DNA from: Candidatus Limnocylindrales bacterium
Lineage (GTDB): Bacteria; Moduliflexota; Moduliflexia; Moduliflexales; JAUQPW01
Length of the DNA stretch: 64,000 bases
Reading direction: 5' to 3'
NCBI GenBank assembly: GCA_035559535.1
Contig: DATMBG010000045.1
Span: 1 to 64,000, forward strand
Under the pieces are notes generated by a model, which was not told where the DNA came from, searched no databases, and saw only the letters and a program-made list of their open reading frames with translations. Shown piece by piece: positions 29,982-40,369 of this stretch. Both the position numbers and the translations under genes were made by a program. Positions within the stretch are counted from its first letter, which is position 1; every line of letters starts with the position of its first letter.

Positions 29982-31432
29982 CAAAGCCAAAACCTCAGAT
30001 CGTTATCTTAGGGGCCGGACCTGCCGGGTTAGGGGCTGCATTCCAGTTAGCACGACACAAAAAAGCCCGGGTTACGGTATTGGAACAACGGGATCGGGTG
30101 GGTGGAAATGCAGGGAGTTTCGAAGTGGAAGGATTGTATCTGGATTACGGAAGTCACCGCCTTCATCCGGCCTGTAACCCGGCGATACTCCAAGACCTTC
30201 AACAGTTACTGGGAAATGATTTGTTGCTTCGACCTCGACACGGTCGTATCCGTCTAAAAAACAGATGGATTCACTTTCCCCTTAAACCCCTGGATCTTCT
30301 TATGAAGCTGCCACTCAGATTTGCTCTGGGTGTCCTGACCGATGCGTCCCTGAAAATCCTGCCTCCCTCAAAGGAAAAATCCGATCGGGATGAAACATTT
30401 GCTTCCCTGCTGGAGGGTCAGTTGGGTAAAACCATCTGTCGGGATTTCTACTTCCCCTATGCCCGCAAGATCTGGGGAATAGCTCCCGAGGAAATATCCG
30501 ATGTTCAGGCCCGGCGAAGGATTGCTGCAAACTCTTTGGGAAAGATGTTTAAGAAAGTTTTTTCAAAGTTACTAGGGAACTCCTCCCCATCCACGGGGCG
30601 GGAAGGTAATCGTCCATACTTCTACTATCCCAGACGGGGTTACGGCCAGATATCCGAAGCCCTCTCCCGGGCAGCTATCCGGGAAGGGGCCGAAATTATC
30701 CTCACCGCCAGGGTACAGGAGGTATACCGGGAAGGGGATCGGGTTAAGGCCGTTACCTATAAAGACCCTTTGACCCGGCATACTTTACAGGCTGATTACG
30801 TCTGGTCTACCCTTCCTCTAAATATACTTATCCAAAGCCTGCAACCCAGGCCCGAGGAGGAGGTCATTCTGGCCGCCAAAAAAATCAGGTTTAGAGCGAT
30901 GATCCTTATCTATCTGGTGCTGGAACAGGATCGATTCAGTGAATTCGATGCCCACTATTTTCCAGAACCGGAAATTCCTATTACGCGGATTTCTGAACCT
31001 AAAAATTATAACAACGCGGTGGAACCTGTTGGTCTGACAGCTTTATGTGCCGAATTACCCTGTGAAACCTCCCAGGAGGTTTGGGGGATGAAAGATGAAG
31101 ACCTGGGTCGAATGGTCCTGGAAGCCTTGAGTACCGCAAAGATACCTGTTACGGCTCCTATCCGGCAGGTATTCACACGTCGAATTCAACATGCCTATCC
31201 CATCTATCAAAAAGGTTTTGAAAGGTATTTTCAACTTCTGGATCATTACCTTGAGGGCATCGGAGGCTTATTAACCTTTGGCCGTCAAGGATTGTTTGCC
31301 CATGATAATACCCACCATGCCTTATACATGGCTTACTCCGCCGTGGATTGTCTAAATGAACAGGGTGATTTTGACCAGGAAAAATGGCGAAGGTATCGAA
31401 ATATTTTTGAAACCCACGTGGTAGAGGATTAA
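29978..31432 (+). CDS. FAD-dependent oxidoreductase, UDP-galactopyranose mutase-like (paralog of 1034)
   Basis: GAGPAG, YGSHRL, YARKIWG, FYYPRRGYG, HAYPIY, FGRQG. Confidence 0.85.
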   Translation: MTKPKPQIVILGAGPAGLGAAFQLARHKKARVTVLEQRDRVGGNAGSFEVEGLYLDYGSHRLHPACNPAILQDLQQLLGNDLLLRPRHGRIRLKNRWIHFPLKPLDLLMKLPLRFALGVLTDASLKILPPSKEKSDRDETFASLLEGQLGKTICRDFYFPYARKIWGIAPEEISDVQARRRIAANSLGKMFKKVFSKLLGNSSPSTGREGNRPYFYYPRRGYGQISEALSRAAIREGAEIILTARVQEVYREGDRVKAVTYKDPLTRHTLQADYVWSTLPLNILIQSLQPRPEEEVILAAKKIRFRAMILIYLVLEQDRFSEFDAHYFPEPEIPITRISEPKNYNNAVEPVGLTALCAELPCETSQEVWGMKDEDLGRMVLEALSTAKIPVTAPIRQVFTRRIQHAYPIYQKGFERYFQLLDHYLEGIGGLLTFGRQGLFAHDNTHHALYMAYSAVDCLNEQGDFDQEKWRRYRNIFETHVVED

Positions 31433-31451
31433 AAATAGAGGGGAAAGTGAA

Positions 31452-32525
31452 ATGAAAACCTCGCAAATTCTTAAGGATTTGTTGGCAAAAGTAAGTCTGG
31501 CTCTCATGAGTCTGATAATTTTTTTTATTGTCTTAGAACTGGGATTCCGTGGAATCGAAGGGTTAAGCAACTGGATGCACAAGTCCTCTAAACCCTGGGC
31601 TATCTATGATGAAGACCTTTTATACCGACCACGACCTGACTATGAAGATCTTAACTCAGATGGATTGAGAAATAGACCCATTGATCCTGTAAAAACAAAA
31701 TTTAGACTTTTAATCCTGGGGGATTCCATCCCTTTTTATGGGGATAACCCTGAAGATACTTACGTGGGACGACTAGAAACTAACCTCCATAAAGACCCTG
31801 ATCTTGTACCCATAGAGACCATCAATGCCGGAATAAAGGGTTATACCAATTACCAGGAACTTGTTTATTTAAAAAAATACGGATTAAAATTCAATCCCGA
31901 TCTTATAGGCGTAAGTTTTTGTTTAAATGACCTTCATAAATTTCTCCACCAGTTTAAGGTTGAAAATGGGGAAATTGTGAGTGATACCTATGAGTTTACA
32001 GAAGAAGCCGTTCATTCGGTGGACAGTACGGCTTACCAGCTTGCACGCAAAAGTCATTTTCTTGTATGGTTACGGCATAAGCTCAGTATATTTGAGAGTC
32101 TCATCGAACTGAAAACGCAGGAAGGCTTCACCTTTGATTATCGACCGGATTTTAGAACAGCCTGGAAGGATGAATCGTGGCCTCCCATTGAAAACCAACT
32201 GAAGGAGATGGTAGAACTCGGCAAGACCCATGGTTTTCGTGTATTTTTGGTTGTATTTCCGTTTGGTGAGCAGCTCCGGGAAGACTATCTGGCGCGAGAC
32301 CGGGCTTACGTAACCAAACCCCAACAGAAGTTGAAAGCAATTTGTGAACGGCTGGGTATCCCTATGCTAGATTTATTTCCGGATATAGATCGAAAAAAAC
32401 ACCTCCTGGAAGATCAGATTCATTTAACCCGAGAGGGAAGAGAACTGGTGGCCGAGAAAATAGCCCTGTTTCTTAAAAGGGAGCAATTGGTTCCAACCCG
32501 TTCTATGATTTCCCAACAAAAATAG
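31452..32525 (+). CDS. membrane-anchored SGNH/GDSL hydrolase (putative polysaccharide O-acyltransferase/esterase)
   Basis: N-terminal TM, LGDS, NAG, LND, DQIH. Confidence 0.85.
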   Translation: MKTSQILKDLLAKVSLALMSLIIFFIVLELGFRGIEGLSNWMHKSSKPWAIYDEDLLYRPRPDYEDLNSDGLRNRPIDPVKTKFRLLILGDSIPFYGDNPEDTYVGRLETNLHKDPDLVPIETINAGIKGYTNYQELVYLKKYGLKFNPDLIGVSFCLNDLHKFLHQFKVENGEIVSDTYEFTEEAVHSVDSTAYQLARKSHFLVWLRHKLSIFESLIELKTQEGFTFDYRPDFRTAWKDESWPPIENQLKEMVELGKTHGFRVFLVVFPFGEQLREDYLARDRAYVTKPQQKLKAICERLGIPMLDLFPDIDRKKHLLEDQIHLTREGRELVAEKIALFLKREQLVPTRSMISQQK

Positions 32526-32630
32526 GAAGTAGGGGAGTAGGGGAGTATGGGGATGTGGGAGTGTGGAGGTAGGGGAGTATGGGGGTGTAGGAGTATAGGA
32601 GAATATACTTCCCTACTCCCATACTCCTAT
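32523..32630. repeat. inverted array of 8-bp GGGAGTRT-type tandem repeats
   Basis: ggggagtaggggagtatggggatgtgggagtgt...ccctactcccatactcctat. Confidence 0.8.
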
Positions 32631-32653
32631 CTGGGAAGCAAAAATTTTTCATC

Positions 32654-33667
32654 ATGCGATTTGGACTTATTGGATGTGGTGGAATTGGCTCATTACGGGC
32701 AGCAGCATTAAAGCAGGTGCCGGAATTCCGGCTAGAAGCCGTCAGTGATATTGATCTGGATCGAGCCCGAATGGTTTCTATCCATTACGGTGGGATAGTA
32801 GTACCCGACTGGCGCTCTCTGGTTCATCGGGAGGAAGTGGAGGCCGTCATTATCTCAACTCCTCCGCACTTCCATGCCGAGATGTGCAGGGAAGCACTGA
32901 AAGCGGGTAAGCATGTACTCTGTGAGAAGCCCCTGGCCCGGACCCCCGATGAATGTCAGAGTATTCTCGAAGTAGAAAAGCAGAGTGGTCGGTTCCTGGC
33001 CACAGGATTTAATTATCGATTCTATCCCTCTATTCAGAAAGCGCGCAAGCTTCTGGACAGCGGAATAATCGGTACGCTGGATCATATCCGTAGTTATACC
33101 GGATATTCTGCTGCAGAACACAATCAATCCTGGTTGCATGAGAGCGAAATTATGGGAGGGGGGGCCTTTCGGGATAATGGCATTCATCTCATCGACCTGA
33201 CTTGCTATTTCCTTGGGGAAGTGGCAGAAGTCAAGGGATTTGCTACCAATGGGGTATGGGAGTTCAAGGGCTGTGAAGATAATGGCTTTGCCCTTCTTCG
33301 CAGTACCACCGGAAAAATCGCCTCTCTCCAGGCAAGCTGGACGGAATGGAGAGGATATCGTCTTTCAATTGAAATTTACGGAACCCGAGGCTGTATTCGG
33401 ACCCGATGTTTCCCTATGTTAACTCAAGTTCTTTGGTCCCCGGAACGTGGGGGGCCTATACGGCGAAAAACTTACTTCTTTCCTCTAACTTTTATCCAGG
33501 AACATCTTCGCTCGTACCGTTGGATCGTGATTCGGAGCTTTATTCAGGAGTTTCAAGCCTTTTCCCGGGCGATCCGGGGTGAACGAACAGAATTAGCCAC
33601 CGGTTATGATGGTTTAAGAGCCGTGGAGATAGCCTATGCAGCATCTCGTACTTTCCTGGAAGGTTAA
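32654..33667 (+). CDS. Gfo/Idh/MocA family oxidoreductase
   Basis: IGCGGIG, HVLCEKP, GFNYRF, GGGAFRDNGIHLID. Confidence 0.92.
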   Translation: MRFGLIGCGGIGSLRAAALKQVPEFRLEAVSDIDLDRARMVSIHYGGIVVPDWRSLVHREEVEAVIISTPPHFHAEMCREALKAGKHVLCEKPLARTPDECQSILEVEKQSGRFLATGFNYRFYPSIQKARKLLDSGIIGTLDHIRSYTGYSAAEHNQSWLHESEIMGGGAFRDNGIHLIDLTCYFLGEVAEVKGFATNGVWEFKGCEDNGFALLRSTTGKIASLQASWTEWRGYRLSIEIYGTRGCIRTRCFPMLTQVLWSPERGGPIRRKTYFFPLTFIQEHLRSYRWIVIRSFIQEFQAFSRAIRGERTELATGYDGLRAVEIAYAASRTFLEG

Positions 33668-33800
33668 TTCTAAATTTTTTAGACTTTTCAGCCGGATGGT
33701 AAGAAAAACTATGCCTTGTAAAGTTAATTTTGATAAATCCTTAAAAGCTCCGTAAGTACTATTCCTTATGGTGATTCCATCACCCTCGGCTCCGATAAGC

Positions 33801-33941
33801 GCCGGGATAAGGATGTTAGCTCCGGTGGGGCGATCTCTTTAACAAGGCGCTGCCAGGGAGCTTAAAAAATTCTAAATTTCTGAATTCTCCGGCGAAAGTT
33901 GAGGGCTACCAATTGTTTGCCCCCTGACGGGGCTTTTCAGC
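33801..33941 (+). repeat. ~140-bp dispersed structured element, copy 1
   Basis: ggataag..ttagc..ggggcga..ggagct..aaaaattct..gagggctacc..cccctgacggggcttttcagc, shared with 35496-35642. Confidence 0.75.
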
Positions 33942-33946
33942 CCCTA

Positions 33947-34002
33947 CCTCACCCCCTGTCCCCCTCTCCTCAAGCTTGAGGAGAGGGGGACAGGGGGTGA
34001 GG
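33947..34002. repeat. perfect 56-bp spacerless palindrome centred on AAGCTT
   Basis: cctcaccccctgtccccctctcctcaag|cttgaggagagggggacagggggtgagg, checked base by base. Confidence 0.9.
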
Positions 34003-34050
34003 GGGGTGATGCAGACGTCGCGCTCCCAGTTAAGTCTTATTTTGGCGCGT

Positions 34051-35202
34051 ATGCCCACCAACGAAGAGGGAAAAAAACGGACCGGTCAGAGGCTCTGGTT
34101 ACAATGGCCGGGGTGGTTTCTTTGGAGTAGTGGAATTGCCTTGCTGGGACTTGAACTTATTGCCAGGGTGTGGGTTGCCTGGTACTGGCCTGCAGAGAAA
34201 GTATTCCAACTTACACATCATACGGAAAATCGGGGCCGCTTTACCAGCCATCCCATCCTGGGATATATGCTGAAACCGAATTTTCATTCTGGTCGATTCT
34301 CACATAACAGCTATGGTTTTCGGGGTCCTTCCTTTTCCATTGAAAAACCACCTAGGACCTTGCGAATTGTACTGATGGGTGCATCAACCGTCTATGGAGT
34401 TGCTGTGAGTGATGAAGAAACCTCTGCCGTTCAATTGGAAAACCGCCTGCATACTTTACTTCCAGGTCGTCGAGTTGAGGTATTGAATGCCGGTGTACCT
34501 GGCTGGAACTCCAGAGAAACCTTAATTAATCTCCGTTTGCGGGTACTAACTCTACATCCAAATATCGTAGTGATTGTCGATGGTCGAAACGAAGTGTTTC
34601 CTCAGCTATTTAACAATTACCAGGAGGACTATAGTCACTATCGTAAGGTAGGGTATCAATTCCGTAATAGCAACTATACCTATAAATTACTCTTTCGGGT
34701 CTCGCATCTCTTTATGCTTGTTGCAACATCGGGCCGGGGACGCTTAGGATTCTCTCAACGTGAGGAAAACCCGGCCTATGGATCCATCAGATATGAAAAT
34801 CTTCCCACAGATGAGGAATTATTGCAAAATGCAAGGGATTATCGGCGAACCGAAACCTTCCGTCGTAATCTTGAGCAGGAGATTCAACTGACAAACGAAC
34901 AAGGTGGTAGGGTTATCCTTTCTACCATCCCTTTTTATCCAAAAGGATATAGCTCCGATGTCCTAAGAGGAAACCGACAAACGTTACCGGTGATTTCTAA
35001 CTGGGTGGTCGGGAACAATGAAATTACGAGAATGGTTGCCAGGAAGTGGGGAGTTGCTCTGGTAGATGCCAATACAACCCTTTCACGACCGGAATTCCTC
35101 GTGGATGACTGCCATTTTAACCCAACAGGAGAACAGGCCTTTGCAGATTTGATCCTGGATGCCATTAAATCCATCCTGGCAACGCATCAAACCTTCTTCT
35201 GA
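34051..35202 (+). CDS. membrane-anchored SGNH/GDSL hydrolase
   Basis: TM, NSYGFRG, MGASTVYG, NAGVPG, GRNE, DDCH; the upstream in-frame starts fall inside repeats. Confidence 0.85.
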   Translation: MPTNEEGKKRTGQRLWLQWPGWFLWSSGIALLGLELIARVWVAWYWPAEKVFQLTHHTENRGRFTSHPILGYMLKPNFHSGRFSHNSYGFRGPSFSIEKPPRTLRIVLMGASTVYGVAVSDEETSAVQLENRLHTLLPGRRVEVLNAGVPGWNSRETLINLRLRVLTLHPNIVVIVDGRNEVFPQLFNNYQEDYSHYRKVGYQFRNSNYTYKLLFRVSHLFMLVATSGRGRLGFSQREENPAYGSIRYENLPTDEELLQNARDYRRTETFRRNLEQEIQLTNEQGGRVILSTIPFYPKGYSSDVLRGNRQTLPVISNWVVGNNEITRMVARKWGVALVDANTTLSRPEFLVDDCHFNPTGEQAFADLILDAIKSILATHQTFF

Positions 35203-35320
35203 ATCCCGTGCATCATAAATCCGGCAGGTAGCTATCTGCCTGCCAACAGGCAGATAAGAACCACCCGATATGACAGGAATTGCCGGTTTATATTCTGTAC
35301 AAAACGCTATTTACTCTCTG

Positions 35321-35730
35321 CCTTCACCCCCGGCCCCTCTCTCCTCTTCCCCCGCTCGCGGGGGAATTCCCCACGTGGACGGGGGGGGGGAAGGGAAGGG
35401 GTGGGGGCGGAGAGGGGCGCGAGAGGATCTTTGGGCCGGTTTCTGATAAACCCCCTCTCCGGAAGCTTCGGGAGAGGGGATTAGGGGGCCTACACGCCAG
35501 GATAAGAAGGTTAGCCCCAGCGGGGCGACCCGTTTCACAGGCCGCTCCTTCGGAGCTGAAAAAATTCTGAATGACTGAATCCCCCGACTTGCGTCGAGGG
35601 CTACCCACGGTTCGCCCCTGACGGGGCTTTTCAGCTTAACCTGGCACCTATGCTCCAACTCCCCTCTCCCGCAGCGTGGGAGAGAGGTCGGGGGTGAGGA
35701 CCACTTAAAAGTTAAGCAAAACCAAGTACT
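35321..35730. repeat. composite repeat cluster containing copy 2 of the ~140-bp element (35496-35642) and several GC hairpins
   Basis: 35496-35700 is near reverse complement of 42190-42455. Confidence 0.78.
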
Positions 35731-35813
35731 ACAAGTTGGAATGAACAGGAATGATGTTTCGTGCCGGTTTATTTCTGAGAATAGGATCTAAATTACAATT
35801 TAAGTAGAAGGAG

Positions 35814-36548
35814 ATGAAACGGAGAACTTTATATCAAATTCATAAATGGTTGGGAATTACGGGAGGTTTGTTCCTTTTAGTACAGGCCGTGAGTGGTATT
35901 TCCTTGATTTTACCTTCTCTATCACCGATGTGGTCGCCGCGTGAATGGACGCTAAAACCGACAGATCTCCAGGATATTACCATATCCCCTACGGAGGCTG
36001 TGGCTACGGTTCTGGCCAACCTTCCTGGGACCTCTCCGGAAGTGGAAAGGGTTACCTTAAAGCGGATCTTAAATTTAATCGTCTATGAGGTCTCGATGAA
36101 AGCTTATGGCCCCCGAATCGTTGACGCCCGATCCGGTCAAATATTTACCATGACCCCTGAGCTTGCCGAGCAGATCGCCCGAGACGCTTTTCCTTCAGAG
36201 AGCCGGGTTTATCGAATCGAGCGTATCGATCGGCATGACTTTTCTTATATTGCAGGACCATTACCAGTGTACCGAATTGCCTTCGAGGAGGATCCCTCTG
36301 TTCTTTATCATGTTTCGATGACCGATGGAAAAGTCGTTCGCAGAGATCGCCTAAATCGGATGAGGGCCATCATCGAAAGGTTCCACTTTTTCGAGGAATT
36401 TAAATTTATTACGGAAGAGAAGAAAATCCTGAAAATTCTACCGTCTCTGCTGGCTGCAACAGGAATCCTGGCCATCGGAGTTGGTTACTATCTGGCTTTA
36501 CCCAGGCGCTGGAGAATTGATGAAAAGACCAGGGGATCAGACGGATGA
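35814..36548 (+). CDS. PepSY-associated TM-helix / PepSY domain protein
   Basis: IHKWLG..SG first TM, PepSY-like YEV..VDARSG, second His-bearing TM region. Confidence 0.75.
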   Translation: MKRRTLYQIHKWLGITGGLFLLVQAVSGISLILPSLSPMWSPREWTLKPTDLQDITISPTEAVATVLANLPGTSPEVERVTLKRILNLIVYEVSMKAYGPRIVDARSGQIFTMTPELAEQIARDAFPSESRVYRIERIDRHDFSYIAGPLPVYRIAFEEDPSVLYHVSMTDGKVVRRDRLNRMRAIIERFHFFEEFKFITEEKKILKILPSLLAATGILAIGVGYYLALPRRWRIDEKTRGSDG

Positions 36549-36648
36549 ACGAATCCTTGACGCTCCGAGGAGAGGACTTTGAGTATCGAGGCTGGAGGGT
36601 AGAGTTCGAACACTGAAAAGGGATGAGCTACTCGATTTGATTATATGG

Positions 36649-36715
36649 CCCCCACCCCTTCCCTCCCCGTGGACGGGGAGGGTGAGGGAGGGGGAGAAGG
36701 GCCGGGGATGAGGGC
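36649..36715. repeat. family A palindromic repeat
   Basis: ccccacccctt ccctccccgtggacggggaggg..gccggggatgagggc. Confidence 0.8.
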
Positions 36716-36773
36716 AAAATGATTATTCAAATTTAACTATACAAAGCACTCCTCTTCCTGGCTAAGAAAAATC

Positions 36774-37745
36774 ATGAAAAACAAAAATTCTTCCGAATTC
36801 AAGTCGGCTCCGACCAGACCTGAATTAACGGTAGTTGTAGTTATTTTACAAGGAAAAAGCTACCTCATTCGTTGTCTAAAGGCATTAACCCGGCAAACAG
36901 GCGTACCGGTGTTTGAGATCCTTGTACCTCACGATGAAAGTCTGGGAGATATAACGACGCTCCGTGCAGAATTTCCTGAGGTACAGTTCTTGACCCTCGA
37001 AGGACATCGTACCTATGCAGAACTTCGGGCGCTGGGCTTCCATCATGCACGGGGAAGGATCATAGCACTGACCGAGGACCACTGTATTCCAGACCCGGAC
37101 TGGTGTGCCCGGATTCTAGAAACCCACCGGGGTCCCTATGCCGCCGTAGGAGGAGCCGTTGATAAGGAAAAACCGGATACGACCCTCAACTGGGCTATCT
37201 ACCTCTGTGATTTCAGTCGTTATACGAATCCGGTACCTGAGGGCCCTTCAGCTTATCTTACCGACTGTAATGTAGCCTATAAGCGTGAAGACTTAGAAGC
37301 GATTGCTTCGGTATGGGCCACTGAATTTCATGAAACATCTGTAAATTGGACCCTGCAGGCGAAGGGTAAGGTACTCTGGCTATCTCCTAAAATCCTCGTA
37401 CGCCAGCAACGTAGTTTAACCTTTCATAGAGCAATCCGAGAACGCTACGCCTTCGGTCGTCTCTTCGCCAGTACGCGCGTGGCTTCAATGACTCTGCTTC
37501 AGCGTTTATCCTATGCGGTTTGCTCTATTCCCTTACCCCTTCTCCTGACGGGGCGTGTGATGTTCCATGTTCTCCGTAAACGCCGATACCTGGATGAATT
37601 TATCCGGGCCCTTCCGATGATTGGATTTATGACGACCGTCTGGTCCTGGGGTGAGTTGGTAGGATATCTGACGGGTCGACCTGGAGATTCATTGACTCCC
37701 CTAACCCAGGGAACAAGAAAGGCCGTCGAAGAACCTACAAGATAA
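36774..37745 (+). CDS. glycosyltransferase family 2
   Basis: ARGRIIALTEDHC, AVGG, CNVAYKR, C-terminal TM region. Confidence 0.82.
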   Translation: MKNKNSSEFKSAPTRPELTVVVVILQGKSYLIRCLKALTRQTGVPVFEILVPHDESLGDITTLRAEFPEVQFLTLEGHRTYAELRALGFHHARGRIIALTEDHCIPDPDWCARILETHRGPYAAVGGAVDKEKPDTTLNWAIYLCDFSRYTNPVPEGPSAYLTDCNVAYKREDLEAIASVWATEFHETSVNWTLQAKGKVLWLSPKILVRQQRSLTFHRAIRERYAFGRLFASTRVASMTLLQRLSYAVCSIPLPLLLTGRVMFHVLRKRRYLDEFIRALPMIGFMTTVWSWGELVGYLTGRPGDSLTPLTQGTRKAVEEPTR

Positions 37746-37808
37746 GAAGATTTGGCTATAAAATCTTCGAGATTTTGAAAAACTTTAGAAGTTTACAGAG
37801 AGGCTTTA

Positions 37809-38834
37809 ATGATCTTCAAAGGAATAGAAATCTTTTGTCCCCTTTGCAAAGGGGATCTGAAAGAAGTGGGTGATAGACAGAAGGAATTGCGTTGTGAGCC
37901 TTGTAACAGGCAGTATCCGGTTATTTTAGAAATTCCAGACCTGCGCATTTTTCCAGATCCTTATATCGACCTGGAAGCGGATCGAGCCAAAGGCCTTCGG
38001 GTAGCCGAGCGGTTCAATGACCTGGACTTCTCCGGATTGATTGATTTCTATTACAGCATGACCTCGGTGGTACCCCCTCACCATGCACGTCAGTATAAGC
38101 GAGGACTTATGGCGGGAGTAGCCCGAGCAAAAGCGGCCCTGGCGGCCTGGGAGAGCCAGTCGGGTACTTACCCTGAAACCTCACCTGCCAGCCTGCTGGA
38201 AATCGGTTGTGGAACGGCTCCTTTATTGGTAGCTGCAGCACCTCAATTCACCCGGTTAGTCGGAGTCGATATTGCTTTTCGCTGGCTGGTGGTGGGAAAG
38301 AAGCGGTTAAGCGAAGCCGGTTTAGATATTCCCCTCCTGTGTGCCTGTGCCGAAGCGTTGCCCTTTTCAGATGCCGTATTTGACCGTGTAGCAGGGGATT
38401 CCGTAATCGAAAATGTACGAGATCAAACCCAAACCTTAAAAGAAGTCTATCGTGTCCTGAAACCGGGTGGGAGATTATTCCTGACCACCCCTAACCGTTT
38501 CAGCTTAGGACCAGATCCCCACACCGGACTCTGGGCCGGAGGATTCCTACCCCGACGCTGGACCGATGCCTATGTCCGTCGGCAGGGAGGAATCCCCCCG
38601 CAGAGAAATCTCCTCTCCCTCTGGAGGTTATCCCGATTGCTGGATAGGACAGGATTTAAACGTCACCAAATTTTCTTACCCTATGTCCCCGAAGGTCAGC
38701 GTGTCCACTTCTCGGTATGGATGAATCGATGGATCGATTTATACCATATAGCCCGACAACTGCCGGTGAGTCGTCATCTGCTTTATGTGCTGGGACCTTT
38801 ATTCTATGCGGTATGTAAGAAAGAGGAGAGATAA
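37809..38834 (+). CDS. SAM-dependent methyltransferase with N-terminal Trm112-like Zn-ribbon
   Basis: CPLC..CEPC..YPVILEIP; LEIGCGT, GVDI, AEALPF, RVLKPGG. Confidence 0.88.
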   Translation: MIFKGIEIFCPLCKGDLKEVGDRQKELRCEPCNRQYPVILEIPDLRIFPDPYIDLEADRAKGLRVAERFNDLDFSGLIDFYYSMTSVVPPHHARQYKRGLMAGVARAKAALAAWESQSGTYPETSPASLLEIGCGTAPLLVAAAPQFTRLVGVDIAFRWLVVGKKRLSEAGLDIPLLCACAEALPFSDAVFDRVAGDSVIENVRDQTQTLKEVYRVLKPGGRLFLTTPNRFSLGPDPHTGLWAGGFLPRRWTDAYVRRQGGIPPQRNLLSLWRLSRLLDRTGFKRHQIFLPYVPEGQRVHFSVWMNRWIDLYHIARQLPVSRHLLYVLGPLFYAVCKKEER

Positions 38835-38922
38835 AGCCCGGTGCAGTCCTTATACCGCTCCAGAAATTTGCGTGATTTTATTCATTTAAATTGTCGATTA
38901 CGGCTAAAAGAATACTCCACCC

Positions 38923-40350
38923 ATGGGTCATCAAACCTTTAAAACTCCTAATCTGGCCATAAATTTTATCATCTTATCCGGAGGGGAACTCCTCGGTAAG
39001 ATTCTCACCATGGTGGCATTTGCCTATCTGGCTCGGGTACTGGGACCGGATGCTTTTGGTATCGTTGAGTTTGCCATAGCAGTGGCTTTTGTTTTCAGTC
39101 TGCTCGTGGATGGAGGTTTCGATAAGTATGGGGCAGTTGAAGTTGCTAAGGACAAGAACATCGTAATCTACTTCACCGCATCTATCCTTACGGCACGGTT
39201 TCTACTATCTCTGGGAGCCTTTATCGTATTGGCAATTCTGGTTGGCATCATTGATAAACCATGGTTGGTAAAACAAGTGGTTCTGCTCTACGGTTTAACC
39301 CTGTTCGGAATACCGGGACTTCTGAAATGGGTTTTTCAGGCTTATGACCAGATGCAGTGGGTGGCTATAACTTCCCTGGTACGGCAATTCATTTTTACGG
39401 CCGGGGTCTTTCTATTCATTCGTAAACCGGAACAGACCTGGGCTGTAGCCCTGATCGAAGTGGTTGCCACCGGCAGTGCCGTTGCCTTCAATCTCGGTCT
39501 CTTTCGATACTATTTTGGCCCACTCCGACTCCATTTTGATATTAGCTTTATGGGCTCCCTCTTTCGGCAGACTCTACCCATCTGCCTGAGTCAGATGATG
39601 ATGGCACTTAAACTTTATCTTTCTACTCTCTTCCTTGGAATGTTGATGGACAGTAAGGAGGTTGGTTGGTTCGGTTCTGCTCACCGAATTGTATTAGCCC
39701 TAAATACCTTTGGAGCCCTTTATCTCTTTAACCTGCTCCCTTCCATTGCCCGTTGTGCCCATCAACCCTCTGAAACCTTGCAGCGCCTCATGGGGACCTC
39801 TCTTCAGGTCACGACCTGGGCAACCGGGTTTCTGAGTACAATGGTGACCCTCTTTGCGAGTCAACTGATACCCGTTGTTTACGGAATCCAATATCAGCGG
39901 GGAATCTATATCCTTCAAGTACTCATCTGGTTTGTTCCGGTTTCCCTGGTAAGCAGCCACTACCGCTACGCACTCGTTGGATTGGGTAAACAGAACCTGG
40001 ATTTCCTCAGTACCACACTAGGGACCGGTGCCGGGGCGATTTTTAACCTCTTACTTATTCCACGATACGGATCCCTGGGAGCTGCATGGACTATGTTAAG
40101 CTCGGAAGCCTTAACTGGAGTCCTGGCGTATTATTTCGTACATCATAAAATTATGCCTATACCGATCTGGCCTCACTTACTTAAACCCCTACTTGCCGGG
40201 GCTATAATGATAATCCTGCTTCCCCTGTTACCTGCCTTTAATTTCTGGATAGGATGTGGTACAGCGGTGGTATTATACGGGGTGGTGCTGCTTTTTTTAC
40301 AACCGGGTTTGGTCACCGATATCCGTACACGGACCCTGGGAAGCAGGTAA
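38923..40350 (+). CDS. wzx: Wzx-type (MOP family) oligosaccharide flippase
   Basis: YLARVLGPDAFG, DGG, EVGWFGSA, LLIPRYGSLGAA; ~12-14 TMs. Confidence 0.88.
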   Translation: MGHQTFKTPNLAINFIILSGGELLGKILTMVAFAYLARVLGPDAFGIVEFAIAVAFVFSLLVDGGFDKYGAVEVAKDKNIVIYFTASILTARFLLSLGAFIVLAILVGIIDKPWLVKQVVLLYGLTLFGIPGLLKWVFQAYDQMQWVAITSLVRQFIFTAGVFLFIRKPEQTWAVALIEVVATGSAVAFNLGLFRYYFGPLRLHFDISFMGSLFRQTLPICLSQMMMALKLYLSTLFLGMLMDSKEVGWFGSAHRIVLALNTFGALYLFNLLPSIARCAHQPSETLQRLMGTSLQVTTWATGFLSTMVTLFASQLIPVVYGIQYQRGIYILQVLIWFVPVSLVSSHYRYALVGLGKQNLDFLSTTLGTGAGAIFNLLLIPRYGSLGAAWTMLSSEALTGVLAYYFVHHKIMPIPIWPHLLKPLLAGAIMIILLPLLPAFNFWIGCGTAVVLYGVVLLFLQPGLVTDIRTRTLGSR

Positions 40351-40369
40351 AGTAACTTAAACGGGGGAC

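Noticed and set aside
35280-35658. Three overlapping Pro/Gly/Arg-rich ORFs
   Set aside because: They are translations of GC-rich palindromic repeats
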